Source: Salisapilia sapeloensis CBS 127946
Lineage: Eukaryota; Protista; Oomycota
DNA: 64,000 nt
NCBI GenBank assembly: GCA_023334545.1
Contig: JAADVB010000002.1
Coordinates: 62,001-126,000 of the forward strand
Direction of reading: 5' to 3'
Both the position numbers and the translations under genes were made by a program. This document shows positions 34,474 through 46,579 of the stretch, piece by piece; the first letter of the stretch is position 1, and each line of letters opens with the position of its first letter. The notes under the pieces are model-generated. The model made no database searches. It saw only the letters and a program-made list of their open reading frames with translations, and was not told where the DNA came from.

Positions 34474-37400
34474 CTACGGATCGTAGAAGAAACTCGAGTT
34501 GCGCTGTCGAGCACCTTCGCTATCTCGCATGACTAAGCCATTCTCGCTCGGTCGATCTGTACTGATGACAGAAGACACGCGGCTCATGACATGACGGAGC
34601 TCAATGCCATCATCTGCTGCGCGGATATGCTCATTTAACGTGCCATTCAGCGGATCATAGAGACCCAATAGACACGAGAAGAAGCGATCATGGTTGGCGT
34701 GTTGAAGCATCAGGCAACAGGTAGCAAACGGTACTTTTCCCACTCCGTTCTTGTCCATGTACCTGAAAATCGTACTCGAGTACGGCAATAACTCGGATGG
34801 GTGTTTGCATATCCACTCCGCGAGGAACGGGATGAGTTCGTTCTCTCGTAAATGTCCATCTTGCTCCAAGTCATACTTGTCAAAAAGTTCTCTCAAAACT
34901 TTCACAAATTCAAACTGTGATGAAGGTGCGGCACGCGTTTGTGTCAGTCGCTGAATTTGTTTCAGACGTTGGTACCCAGAGTTTCGGATGAAAGACGGAA
35001 CCTTTTCAGCTTGCAGTACCAAGTACCGGAAGCAAAAACCGACGTGTTCCAACAAGACGAATAAAACGATTTGCTCCATACGCCATTTGAAGTTGTCACT
35101 GACGTTCTCAGCTTTGCATGCCGCTGGGTCCTCACTTCGAGACGTGTTAATAGCACTAAATGGGACCATGTCGCCATTGCTGAATGTGAAGTTACACGAC
35201 GTCATGAAGAAACCCCAGTGGTAGGCAACGACAAACGCCGAGACCACTGTGACACCGACCAAATTCGCGTACGAAAGGACTGTAAACCATTCGCCAATGG
35301 ACGTATCGCGTCGAGGCATTGGACGGCGGTGGGCAAACAATAGGCGGAAGGCATCGCCACGTACCTCTAATAGGTTATTGACAAAAGCAGGGAAAGGAAG
35401 CAACGGCCAGACGATGGTGAACATGACCACGTACGAGAACTGGATACTCGCGTCCAGGTAGTCGAGCATTGGATCAAAGATCGGGAGTTTCGACTCGGCA
35501 ATCACTTCGTATGCAGTGTACTCATTCACGTCGTCCGAGACATTCATGACTTGGACGTTCAACTGCGTCTGATCATTCACCAAATCAGCCAGTCGTCTCG
35601 CAGTCAAATGCCTCACATCGTTCTGTGCATTCGCCTCTCGCTGGGTACGATTAACCCACGCTTTAAACTTGTGGACTAACCAGGCACCTGGCCCTCGACG
35701 ACACGTCACGGGCTTCCCTCTCAACTTACGTACAAAGTACGGGACGATGGTTTCCAGTAGCATGTTCAAGAACTGCGTTACCACAAGTGGTGTCACGAAG
35801 AGCGTATCTAGCGTCAATAGCGTCGGATCCCAGTCATAAGGTGCGAGGACACCTAGTCCGGTCTTTTTAAAGTACATTAAAAAGTATTGTCCGAACGGGA
35901 GGTAGACGAACGCGAGAAAGAGGAACCAGAAGAACCAATTGCTCCAGACGAAGACGAATCGTCGATGGATCAATCGATTTTCAAATTCACTCTTTTTCGC
36001 ATAGTTTTCCCACCGGACAAATCGTTCTGATAGGAAGTTGAAGACTTCAAAGAAAATCACGTCGATGAGGAGACCTAATGCAATGCCTTGGACTAAAATG
36101 TATACCCATCGATCCGTACCAACGGTAGATGCTTCCGAGCTAAAGCACGAGATGAACCAAATACAACTGTACGCATTCTTAGAGCTCGAGTAGCATGACG
36201 TGCATGTCGGAGCGTTCTTCGCGTAGACGTACCATTGAATGAAAGGTAGTAGGCAGACACATTGGACGATAGCGGAGAGAATCACAAAGCAGAACATCGT
36301 GAGTTGGATCCAGTGGTTCCGTCGTTGCTTGGGCACTTTCTCCATCTCTTGCGTTAGTTCGTTCTTAACCCAATTGTACTGGAACGTTGGATTGTCATCA
36401 TTGCGTTCATACACGGTGTTCTTGTACTTGGCTAAGTTCCACTTTTCCACCAAGACGCTCGTCTCTCGTTGCCACGTGACGAGAAACGCTGGACCCCAGC
36501 AGCTGGCGACAATAAATCCGAGGACAGATAGTCCCATGACGTATTCTCTCCACACTGCCAAGCCCGTGAAACGAAAAGCGAGGTAATAGAGTACACAAAA
36601 CGCGGATAGCGGAAGCAGGAGTTTGGTGTACGTATGCATGAAAGCGAATAGGAACGCTACGCGCTCACCAAAGTGAAGTCGCAGCTCTTCCACTGCCCAT
36701 CGATCACTATTCTTCTTTGTTGCACCACGAAAGTTCATTGTGAGCGTTCGAGACCTGTACTCGGCAAAGAAACGTTTGTTAAACGCACGATCATGTAGTG
36801 GGAAGATGTCTTGGACGATGTCGAGAACCGTCAGCTCCTTATTGACATCGATGACCCACTCTTCTTTATCAAAGTCACGCAACGCGTTCTGGATAATATT
36901 GTGCGTCAGTTGGAGCTCCAACGCTGGTGCAAAGCACATTTCTCGAATGAGATCGAGCCCTTCCTCTCCCAGACGTTCTAACGAGTCTCCTTGCTTAATC
37001 GCAACTTCATCCATCTCACGCTTGAACTCATGGACAAGCACATCCGGATCTTTCTTCGGGTCAATCAAAATACAAATGGATCTACCAGCCTGTCGTTCCT
37101 CTTCATCTTCTTCATCATCCACGTTATACGCATCATTATCGAGCATGATGACACCCAATCCTGCTTGCAGCAGCCTTCGGACGCACTTCTGCTGTAGATT
37201 GCTCACTTGAGCTTTCAAGTCTCGACGGATAGATGCAGCGGATTTAGAGGGAAAGCGCTTGCGTAAAAGCTTATAAATTTGTTCCGTGTGCTTGAGGATG
37301 ATCGCAAACGTGTACTTTTGTGTCTCTTCAATCGTGACATGCGGCGTCTCAGTCAGTAGTTCCGTCGCAGCTTGGTTCGTAATACCCGTTTGGACCTTTT

Positions 37401-38123
37401 GGAACGACTGATCCAGTCCGAGGACTTGTGGTGGCATGTACTCCCCATCGGCACTCGGTTCAGAGGTGTGGTGATGCTTTTTTGCTACCATGGGAAGCAT
37501 GTGTCCATCCGAGACTTCCGTTATCACGGCCGATTTCGGTTTCTTCGGTTCGGACGAATGCGATCCAGAATGCGATACTTCTGTCGCTCCTATATAAATG
37601 CAATAAGTCGCTGTGCAAGTGATATTCGAAACAGAATCTAGTACATACTTGTGGAAGTATAGTTTGGCGTCACATTGATACTGTAGTTCGTATCAGGCGT
37701 AGTCGTCTGCCGCCAAAAGCTTGGCGCCAGCATCGAGTGCTTCTTATCCTTTACTGCATTCGATTTCGACGACGTGTTACTCGAAAGCTTTTTACTTATC
37801 CACTTCTTCCGATTGTCAATTGCTGATAAACTCGATCGCTGTAGCACTGCCGTGTCCATATCGACAGCGACGCTTCCATCCCCCTCGACAAGATTCGTAG
37901 GCGTATCTCCCTCTGCCGTGACTTTATGAAGCAGCGGAATGTCCGAGGGTGACGGTGACGTCACACTGCTGACGCCCGATTCGCTTCTCGCGTAGCGTTG
38001 GTTCATCTCTAGTGGTGGTGGAGGCGTGACTCGAGCAGCCAGTGTCTGATTCTGTCCTCTACTGCCTCGTATCTCGAGTCCAACCTCCATGCTCTCCGGA
38101 TCCTTTCGCTCTTCACTCGACAT
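34474..38123 (-). CDS. Anoctamin/TMEM16 family channel or scramblase with C-terminal EF-hand pair (2 exons)
   Basis: LRLHFGERVAFLFAF, DYLDASIQFSYVVMF, NNLLEVRGDAF, RRP.PRRDTSIGEW and LLEHV; EF-like loops DLEQDGHLRENE and DKNGVGKV. ORF 37638..38162 splices in frame through a GTATGT..TATAG intron. Confidence 0.93.
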
Positions 38124-38367
38124 CTCCCAAACAGATAATCGACGTATCGAGGACGAACGCACGAGCGCAAATGGGTTCCTCTACAAGTCAGTGCCTAAAA
38201 CCAAGTATGAGTTGTCACGTACGCAGCTGGTCGGAGATGATGCCTATACTTGGTTTTTGTATACACAGGACGAGTTAGGTACCTGAAACATTCCTCCAAG
38301 GGGACTTAAATACGACGTGGACGCTAGAAGATCTACTTGATCATTTATTTATCTACGTGTCAAAGGA

Positions 38368-41300
38368 ATGATCGACGTGGACGAATGCCGTCGGACGTGT
38401 ACAGCGACCAAGGCCTTGTATGAATGTGTGCAGGATTGTATGCGTCTACGCTTTGATACGGAGGTGGGTGTTGGCGACCAACAGCAGTTCGTCGCTAATG
38501 TGAGACGCAGGACACGACACTTTGCAGTCAAATTGAATAGCAATTATGACGATGCACAGCTACAGTCGATCCGAGCTGATAGTGTCGCGCCACCACAGGC
38601 GTATTTTGCATTCCAAGAGCATGGAAAGATGCATCTGCCATTGATCGATTGGAGTGCTTTTCGAGGATACTCGGTTACGCTATGGATGTATCTAGATAGC
38701 AATGCCACAGCCACATCACGATCCTGCTTTCGATTGTTCCGATTCACCACCAACACTCGATCTCTTGGTGTCGAAGCAAAGTTGGAGGTAGATCCGAAGG
38801 ATCCATCGACCTGTCTATTGTCCGTAGGAAGCTGTGCTGTGAAGACATATGAAGGTAGTAATCCCTCTATCCCAAAAAGAAAAGGTAAGCAGGACGAAAA
38901 TAATCCAGAAGATGAAGAAGAGGCGCAGATGAGACAACAGGATTGGAATTATGTCCGATATCCGATTGCATTGGAACGAGATAAATGGCAGTTCATCGTC
39001 CTAACACATTCTCTCCACTACGTTCGTAAAAGCACAGTGACATGTTTTGTCGATACGAAACTCCAGTTTGAAGACGAGTTACCATATCCCACGGCACTTG
39101 CCATGGCTACGAACTGCACCTTGGGTGGTGGAAACGGCCTTCAAGCGTATGTATCTACAGCAGCAATGTACCAGGATGCGTTGACCAAACCGGTGATTTC
39201 GCTCTTGTACGCACAAGGCCCAAGTCACTCATCTTTTGCCGGGTGGTCGACACCAGGACCTACACAGGCTGGAGATCATCTTTTCAACGACTTTAACGAA
39301 GAACTAGTGAGCTCCACGCTTACCATGCCACTGGATATAAGTGCGATTCGGAAGCTACAGACAGTCTTTTGCTTTTCCGCTGCAAAATCTGCCGCAGAGG
39401 ATTATGATAATCTAGGAGTTGAGTGGGTTCGAGAAGGCACGTTGAGTCGAAATGGACGGTGGCTGACGCTAGAAACGACGGCGATGACGTCCAGTGAAAT
39501 TCAGCAACGAAACGCTCGACTAGGTCCTAACGTTCGTAAAGTGCGTTTGAAAGACCATGGCGCTGCGTGGATATCTTCAATAGGTTTAGATGGCATCCCG
39601 ACGTTGTTGGATGACGTTCTGGAAAGTTGCAATGATGTACAGGGGGTAGATGGGGCTGCTTTGATGGATATCGTCGTTCATTTTTTCTATATCCTACGTG
39701 GTCTACTCCGGCGTAGTGTGGCTGTACAGCAAGAAGTATTGCAGCAGTATGCTTTCCATATCCTATATAACGTATTAGAAAAGCATAAGACTACTCTAGC
39801 GTCTTTATGGACATCTGAGAGCATAGCTGCGTACGTGTCGTTTGTCGACGGATTGTACTACTTGTCTCCTGTGGGTATGAGAGAAGATGTAGATGCGAAT
39901 CATCCGTTACAAGAGTCCATGTGGACTGCCAATCCACTCTTTGCGAGTGGCATTCGAGCTCTTTTACTAGATTTTCGTCTTTGGTCCGTCACAAGTTACA
40001 CGACACAATCGCTGTACTTGCATGAGTTGATGCAACTCATTGTCGCTCGTCCACAAGTGATTTCTGACTTGCAAGGTGTACAAAAGCTACTGGAAATCCT
40101 ACAACAATTTTACTCGAGTGAGAATAACAAGAGTGAAGACAGTGCTGACAGGAAGAAGTGCATTCAAACGCTGGTGGAGATGATGGAGATCTGCCTCCGG
40201 AACCAGAGTGTAGCAGTGCATCCGTTTTTAGAGGAAGAGTTATCTATGACGACGTTTGCACAGGCGACACGTAGTCCTCCAAGTGGCGACACTGCTAGTT
40301 ATGAACAGAAGGACGCATCGACGCCAGCACCACCGACACCCCCAACATCCACGTCAACAAAGAACACATCAACAACGTCTGCTCCTTTCATTCTGCCTCG
40401 GAGACAAGGGGGTGTATTTATTCTGAATACGGAAAACATCATCTGGACAGAAGAGACACTGCGAGGTGCTAAGACAGGAGTAAATGAAAGCAGTGGGCAC
40501 AAGGAGACAGATGCAAATGCTACCGTCCCTCGGTCCGTAAGTATGCGCTTTTCCCTCCTACGCGACCTCCGAGCTGTCCTTCGGTTCGTCACTGCTTCTC
40601 AGAATGCTGCTGCTTGTGCAAGTATCTTCACAACGCTCTACCGTTTGGCTGTTTCTTTCTTGGACATTCGCTTTGCTCTTGTTAGTTCCAGTGCTATCGA
40701 TTGTTTGCTCTTTTCTCTTTCAAGTGACTGTAGTTCATCTATGCCAGAGAAGACCTTGCACCATCGTTTATCTGCGCTTCCATTAATAATTTTTCTGCTC
40801 GATTGGCTAGAAACAATTGAAGGTCGAACGGTATGGTGTGGACTGGAAGAGCACTTAAAGATGCTGCTTCATGGTGATATTACATTTTCCAGTGGGTTTC
40901 TTGAGCTCATGCTAGAGCTATATTATGATCCGCATTGGCGACTTAGTGTCCAGCATAGTATCATCATGAACGATTCGTCTAAGAAAGACTCGGTATTATT
41001 TCCAGTCACTTCTGGTGTCACGATGGATCGGTCTGGGATTTCGGTCCACGAAAGTGGCATCGTCGTCGCGGAAGATGGACTCACAGCTGCGCCATCGGCC
41101 ATGTCTATGACTGGTGGCTTCAAGTCATGGATGAAAAGCATCAGTCAATCAACAGGTAACCATCTTGCTCTGCCAGCAGACAAGCGCATCTCTGTCGTAC
41201 GAAACATCGCTTTACACGAACTGGAAACGTACATACAAGAGTGTTTGCCAAAGGACAATGCAGTGAATACACGTGCCATTGAATTGGTAGACGAAAACGT

Positions 41301-44300
41301 GATGGCACTCATGCATCTACCTCTACGATCGGCTCTCCCATTCCTACCTCCAGTCCTTAGTCGTTGCTCGTCATATACGCGTGAACAGGCACTGATGGAA
41401 CTGAACGTCATATTGAAGACGAATCCGAACCTACAACAGCGAGTACTTGACGATAAATTATGGCCCGGTGCGCTGCTTCAACTCGTTCTAACTTGTATCG
41501 AAACTTCGGTCGATATGGAAGACACGAGTAGCATGGAGAATACCGGTAAAGCTAGATTAAGTAGGTCGCATAGTGAAGGTGCAGAGCATACAGGAGAGGA
41601 CCTTGTGTTTGACACCATCGTGCTATTGCTATGTACTGCTATGATGAATCCGATGGGCTGGCGCTCGTTTTCAGACGTCATCCAGGGACTTTATAAAGTC
41701 CGACAGAGATATCAAAGCTCTGCATGTGCGCCATCCATTCAGTCTTCCATGGTGTATATAGATCCGATAGGCTGGCTATCGAAGCTCGTCGCGACCGTGT
41801 TGCAACGCCTCATGCGCTCCCAGACGATCTTGACACGCGTCTTGGCGGATAACGTCCAGAAAGTCTTTTTCCTCGTCCAAGAAACGCTTCTAGCAGCTCC
41901 ATCGAAGAGCCGTCGACTGCAGTCTCTCACTTCAAAAAACGACATGCCAGCATGGTCTGAGACGCAGCAATATCTTTTGACTGCCGTGATGGACATGAGC
42001 TCTCGACTGGTGGATAGCACACATAAGCTCCATCGCACTGGACTTGCACCGAGTGTACGCATATTACAGAATGCGTTGAGTCATGTAGCTGATGCAGATG
42101 CGATGGAACGTGTCGTGGAGCTTTTAGTGAAAATCTTCCAGCAAGAGATGAGTATGATTGGCGAGATGCGGGTGTTTGATGCCATTCCGACGCGTGACGT
42201 CCTCATCAGTGCACTCGCAAGTCTTCGTCGTAGCCTCATCGTTCAGACGGATGAGAAGCTTGTAGAACCACTTCGCGTATTAGCTCTTCGTATAAGTACC
42301 TCTGGTTTATTTGATGACGATTTGGAGAAAGCAGGTCTACCTCACTCTGTCTTGGCAGCTCTAGGTGACCATGATGCTCTCCTCGCTGTCTTAGATGCAC
42401 TAGCTCTTCATTTGAATGCGTTGGAGATGCATCAAAAGGAAGAAGAGAGTGACTTCGTGCCTTACTTTCCCATCGCAAAGGACTTGAGCCGACTCTCTAG
42501 GACGAGTGAAGGTGATGTAGCAGGACTAAATGCAGAAGTGGGAAGTACGTTGGGTGGTATCGAGTCTGGTAAAGACGTCGATAATACGTCCTTTATGGAG
42601 TACGAAGAAGAGCAATTCTTAGGTGCAGCTTTAGAAGTTGAAAAGAGTCGTATGACGGAGATTCTAACAGATGTCGCGCAGCATGAACGACAGCGTGTTG
42701 CTAGTGAACTTCATATATGGCAAGAGCATCGTCTGAAATGGACACTGGCTCGATGCAAACATGTGCAAAGTGTGTTTCGATCACAACATGCGCATATGGC
42801 ACTTGCACATACTGCTCCACGTGCTTTGGAAAGTATTGGACAGACGTACTCGTGGCGTATTGGACAGGAAGAGACGCCATTTCCTGCTCGAATGCGACAC
42901 AAGCTAGATGTCATCGTGTCTTCAGATGAAAAACTTAGTCGCAGTCGTCGTCTTCGGAGTAAGAGTTGTGAAGACAGACCATCGTTAGGAAAGCAGGCTT
43001 CGAAGGCAAGTAGCTCATCGCTTACTCCGCTTGAAGGAGAGGCTGATGGCGATGTGATGGAAAGAGTGGAGACGCCAGGGTCTCCTGCTGAGCGTGCGAA
43101 TGGGTCTCTCTTGCGTCGTGTCGGTAGGGTCGTCGCAGAGCAGTCTGGTGGTGAGATTCAAGATATCACGACAGACGAACAAGATGATGAGGATCTAAAG
43201 GAGAGCAATCAGAATACAAAAGAACGTGAGAAGAAGACAGAACAGCCGACTGATGAGGATCAAGAGACAAATGCCGAAGGAAACGATGATACGACAGTGA
43301 CCTCGGACGTTAAACCGTCGTTCTGGAAGGCAGATGTGGATTGGAGGAAGGAGCGTCGACTGGATCCTGGTGAAGGCGTTGGACTTACTCCTGTTGACGA
43401 AATTGCTGACCGATTAGTCTGTCGACGTGTTGTACCGGAAGGTATGATCGTAGGCGACTTGTACTTGTGCAACAAGTGTGTTGTGTTTGATCCAAGTGCG
43501 GATAATATGGAAGCTTCCGTCTCTATCTCTCGTAAATCTTCATTTACGTCGAATGAAAGTGGACAAGCAGGATGGGAGCAACCCGTGTCCGACGTGGCAC
43601 CAGGTCTCCATCGTTGTTGGCGATGGAAGTATAAGAATATTGTAGCTGTCTACCTACGTCGATATCGACTACGTGACTCTGGGATTGAAATCTTTCTCGC
43701 TAACGGTCGGAACCATTTCTTGGACCTGCCACAAGCGTCCAAACGTCGTCGAAATCAATTCATTCGTGTGCTGTACTCGTTCCTGCCAAGTACCATTCCG
43801 AAACAATGGCCGGGACGCAGTGTACCTCAGTTGATTGAAATGACAAAAGCTTGGCAGGCGCGAGAGATGAGTAACTTTGAGTACTTGATGGCACTCAATA
43901 CTTTCTCAGGACGATCGTTTAATGATTTGACACAGTATCCTGTGTTTCCATGGGTCCTTCGAGATTACACGAGCGAGACACTTGATCTAAGTGACCCGCA
44001 GAGTTTTCGTGATCTGTCTAAACCTGTAGGAGCGTTGAATGCAGACCGATTGTCCGAGTACTGGGATCGATATCACTCGTTCGATGATCCTGTCATCCCC
44101 AAGTTCCTCTACGGATCTCACTATTCTACTTGTGCTGGCGTCGTTCTGTTTTTCCTTATGCGACTAGAACCTTTTGCATCTTTGCATAAGAATATGCAAA
44201 AAGGTGAGTTTGATTTACCTGATCGATTGTTTAATTCGGTCGAAGAAGTGTGGCAAATGTGCAATTCGCACATGTCTGAAGTGAAAGAGTTGACGCCAGA

Positions 44301-46479
44301 GTTTTATAGTGATAGTACCTTTCTAAAGAACTTAAACTCATTTCCTTTTGGGACGCGACAAGATCAAAAGGTCGTGAATGACGTCGAGTTACCTCCATGG
44401 GCACATCATTCTCCAGAAGAGTTCATTCGTCGACATCGAGATGCACTTGAAAGTGAGTACGTGTCCAACCATTTGCATGAATGGATTGACTTGATCTTTG
44501 GGCATAAACAACGTGGCAAAGCGGCGTTAAAGTCGAATAATGTCTTCTACTACTTAACGTACTATGGCGTCGTGGATCTAGACAAGGTCGACGATCCGTA
44601 CTTGAAAGAGTCCATGGAGCTTCAAATCGCACATTTCGGACAGTGTCCAGCTCAATTATTCAATGCGCCACATCCGAGACGTAATACGAATTTGTTTCAT
44701 CGGACTTCTCTACCATCTATTCCGACACCACCGTCGTCTGGAAACGCAACATCCAACTCTGCTTCTTCTCCTCGTAAAAGCGCGAGCATGAATACTAGTG
44801 GGACGAGTGGTATAAACCGAACTAGTGTCGCTCGTCCATTGTCTTTGGCGTTTCGAGATGACTCGATGATGGCACAGGAGCAGCGGCGCCAATGGAGTCC
44901 GTTAGTGGAGTTGAAACCTCTTGTTGAGACTGGCATTCGGTTGCTAAAGATCTACCCGGATCATGTTCTCACCATCAGTGAGTTGGGCGTTATAGAGGTG
45001 TACCACTGGAGACTTGTACCAAAGGTTCCATCGTCGGACGCTTCGATGCAGAAAAAGGAGAGCGGGTCAGAAACCCCACCGACGATATCCACGAGTCATT
45101 CATCTCCAGGAATGGTGAATTGGGAGATGGACACAGGGACGTCAACTTCAACAAGGCCATCAGTGTTGGATGAGATTGGTGAGGAGACATCGGCTATGGA
45201 ATCAGGGGAAGAAGACATGTCGAAAGCATTTCGATGGGACCTTGAAATCGTACGTGATGATTCTCCTTTTGACTTTGTACCTCGTATACCAGTGTTTGAA
45301 GATCAATCGAACGACTCGAAGCCGTCGCAAAGCACTAGTATGGGCAAGTTCCCGGTCGCTATCTCTGTGAATGGTAGGATCGTCGTGTCAGGCGGTGCTG
45401 GCAATGGCGCTTTGCATGTCCGATTTCTCGACTCGGACAATGGCCATGTCGTTGGGAAAGCGAGTGTCGTCGGACATGGCGACGCTGTCACTTGTCTCAG
45501 TTTCGACCGGCTGGCCTATACATTACCTGTCGGTCAGCAGGAGCTGGAGGAGATGCTCTTGTCAGGAGCTAAAGACGGGTCGTTAGCGCTATGGAGGCTC
45601 TCGCATGCACAACAAGAGTTGCTAGGTCAGCAACCACGTATCTCGTCGTCTCCTATCGCTATATTACGCGGACATCAAAGCCCGGTGTTAGATTGCAGCT
45701 TGAGCACTTATCTGGGTCTAGCGGTGTCTTGCTCCAGTGACGTTGGTATGGTGCAATACCTGCATGATCGAGGTCGTGTGGCATTCATGTTTGAGCCTCC
45801 AGATGTCGGGACGACGGATAAAGTAGAGTTCACGCACGTGTGTGCATCCATCAAAGGTTTCATTATCGCTGTCTCTAGTATCGCTAGTCCATCCACGACT
45901 ACTCACTCCGACCAAAATCTTCGTGACGAAGCACAAGATAACTGCTCAAGTGTCTGTGAAGTGTATACGTTAACTGGGACTCTAGTCCGTACGGAATCAT
46001 TTCAGGAAGAACAAGTCACAGAAGCTCAGATGTCATCGGAAGGAGACCTCGTCATCTTTACGTTCTTGTCAGGTAGTGTCCGCATTTGTCGTTTGACCGA
46101 CTTTACTATCGTTCAGGAGTATGCTTCCCCACCTGGTATGAACTCGAGAATCTCCGCGACGGCAGTCGGACCAGATGAAGCTGTCATATTGGTAGCAACG
46201 GGATACCATAACGGAACGATGGTACTTCAGCTTTTACCAGATGCCGATGGCACAGTGTCGCTTTTGGCGAATTTGCGTCGACTGCTTGGTGTGAATGCCA
46301 AACTGAAGCGGATGAAAGGCACGGTGCAACAGGCGCAGACACTTGCTAAGACGACGATTGGGAATGCACGTGCAGTGTCAAATGCAGCGAGAGACATTGC
46401 TGGAGAAGCATTTGGAGAAGCAAAGGCACGGTTTCGAGGATTTATGACATCTTACTTGCAAAAACCAAACGAAGGATAG
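38368..46479 (+). CDS. BEACH-domain protein (ConA/LamG-like N-terminus, PH-BEACH, WD40), 2703 aa, single open frame
   Basis: LRRYRLRDSGIEIF (PH-BEACH); MSNFEYLMALNTFSGRSFNDLTQYPVFPW, YGSHYS, ELTPEFY and HEWIDLIFG (BEACH); GH..W WD40 repeats. Confidence 0.96.
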   Translation: MIDVDECRRTCTATKALYECVQDCMRLRFDTEVGVGDQQQFVANVRRRTRHFAVKLNSNYDDAQLQSIRADSVAPPQAYFAFQEHGKMHLPLIDWSAFRGYSVTLWMYLDSNATATSRSCFRLFRFTTNTRSLGVEAKLEVDPKDPSTCLLSVGSCAVKTYEGSNPSIPKRKGKQDENNPEDEEEAQMRQQDWNYVRYPIALERDKWQFIVLTHSLHYVRKSTVTCFVDTKLQFEDELPYPTALAMATNCTLGGGNGLQAYVSTAAMYQDALTKPVISLLYAQGPSHSSFAGWSTPGPTQAGDHLFNDFNEELVSSTLTMPLDISAIRKLQTVFCFSAAKSAAEDYDNLGVEWVREGTLSRNGRWLTLETTAMTSSEIQQRNARLGPNVRKVRLKDHGAAWISSIGLDGIPTLLDDVLESCNDVQGVDGAALMDIVVHFFYILRGLLRRSVAVQQEVLQQYAFHILYNVLEKHKTTLASLWTSESIAAYVSFVDGLYYLSPVGMREDVDANHPLQESMWTANPLFASGIRALLLDFRLWSVTSYTTQSLYLHELMQLIVARPQVISDLQGVQKLLEILQQFYSSENNKSEDSADRKKCIQTLVEMMEICLRNQSVAVHPFLEEELSMTTFAQATRSPPSGDTASYEQKDASTPAPPTPPTSTSTKNTSTTSAPFILPRRQGGVFILNTENIIWTEETLRGAKTGVNESSGHKETDANATVPRSVSMRFSLLRDLRAVLRFVTASQNAAACASIFTTLYRLAVSFLDIRFALVSSSAIDCLLFSLSSDCSSSMPEKTLHHRLSALPLIIFLLDWLETIEGRTVWCGLEEHLKMLLHGDITFSSGFLELMLELYYDPHWRLSVQHSIIMNDSSKKDSVLFPVTSGVTMDRSGISVHESGIVVAEDGLTAAPSAMSMTGGFKSWMKSISQSTGNHLALPADKRISVVRNIALHELETYIQECLPKDNAVNTRAIELVDENVMALMHLPLRSALPFLPPVLSRCSSYTREQALMELNVILKTNPNLQQRVLDDKLWPGALLQLVLTCIETSVDMEDTSSMENTGKARLSRSHSEGAEHTGEDLVFDTIVLLLCTAMMNPMGWRSFSDVIQGLYKVRQRYQSSACAPSIQSSMVYIDPIGWLSKLVATVLQRLMRSQTILTRVLADNVQKVFFLVQETLLAAPSKSRRLQSLTSKNDMPAWSETQQYLLTAVMDMSSRLVDSTHKLHRTGLAPSVRILQNALSHVADADAMERVVELLVKIFQQEMSMIGEMRVFDAIPTRDVLISALASLRRSLIVQTDEKLVEPLRVLALRISTSGLFDDDLEKAGLPHSVLAALGDHDALLAVLDALALHLNALEMHQKEEESDFVPYFPIAKDLSRLSRTSEGDVAGLNAEVGSTLGGIESGKDVDNTSFMEYEEEQFLGAALEVEKSRMTEILTDVAQHERQRVASELHIWQEHRLKWTLARCKHVQSVFRSQHAHMALAHTAPRALESIGQTYSWRIGQEETPFPARMRHKLDVIVSSDEKLSRSRRLRSKSCEDRPSLGKQASKASSSSLTPLEGEADGDVMERVETPGSPAERANGSLLRRVGRVVAEQSGGEIQDITTDEQDDEDLKESNQNTKEREKKTEQPTDEDQETNAEGNDDTTVTSDVKPSFWKADVDWRKERRLDPGEGVGLTPVDEIADRLVCRRVVPEGMIVGDLYLCNKCVVFDPSADNMEASVSISRKSSFTSNESGQAGWEQPVSDVAPGLHRCWRWKYKNIVAVYLRRYRLRDSGIEIFLANGRNHFLDLPQASKRRRNQFIRVLYSFLPSTIPKQWPGRSVPQLIEMTKAWQAREMSNFEYLMALNTFSGRSFNDLTQYPVFPWVLRDYTSETLDLSDPQSFRDLSKPVGALNADRLSEYWDRYHSFDDPVIPKFLYGSHYSTCAGVVLFFLMRLEPFASLHKNMQKGEFDLPDRLFNSVEEVWQMCNSHMSEVKELTPEFYSDSTFLKNLNSFPFGTRQDQKVVNDVELPPWAHHSPEEFIRRHRDALESEYVSNHLHEWIDLIFGHKQRGKAALKSNNVFYYLTYYGVVDLDKVDDPYLKESMELQIAHFGQCPAQLFNAPHPRRNTNLFHRTSLPSIPTPPSSGNATSNSASSPRKSASMNTSGTSGINRTSVARPLSLAFRDDSMMAQEQRRQWSPLVELKPLVETGIRLLKIYPDHVLTISELGVIEVYHWRLVPKVPSSDASMQKKESGSETPPTISTSHSSPGMVNWEMDTGTSTSTRPSVLDEIGEETSAMESGEEDMSKAFRWDLEIVRDDSPFDFVPRIPVFEDQSNDSKPSQSTSMGKFPVAISVNGRIVVSGGAGNGALHVRFLDSDNGHVVGKASVVGHGDAVTCLSFDRLAYTLPVGQQELEEMLLSGAKDGSLALWRLSHAQQELLGQQPRISSSPIAILRGHQSPVLDCSLSTYLGLAVSCSSDVGMVQYLHDRGRVAFMFEPPDVGTTDKVEFTHVCASIKGFIIAVSSIASPSTTTHSDQNLRDEAQDNCSSVCEVYTLTGTLVRTESFQEEQVTEAQMSSEGDLVIFTFLSGSVRICRLTDFTIVQEYASPPGMNSRISATAVGPDEAVILVATGYHNGTMVLQLLPDADGTVSLLANLRRLLGVNAKLKRMKGTVQQAQTLAKTTIGNARAVSNAARDIAGEAFGEAKARFRGFMTSYLQKPNEG

Positions 46480-46579
46480 TGCCGATAGTGGGATGGAGAA
46501 AGAAACAAGTGGCATCTTTGTTGTATCTAATCTGCCTAGGTTCTAGCGATTGCTTCTCGTATTTCTTTCACCCAGCAGG

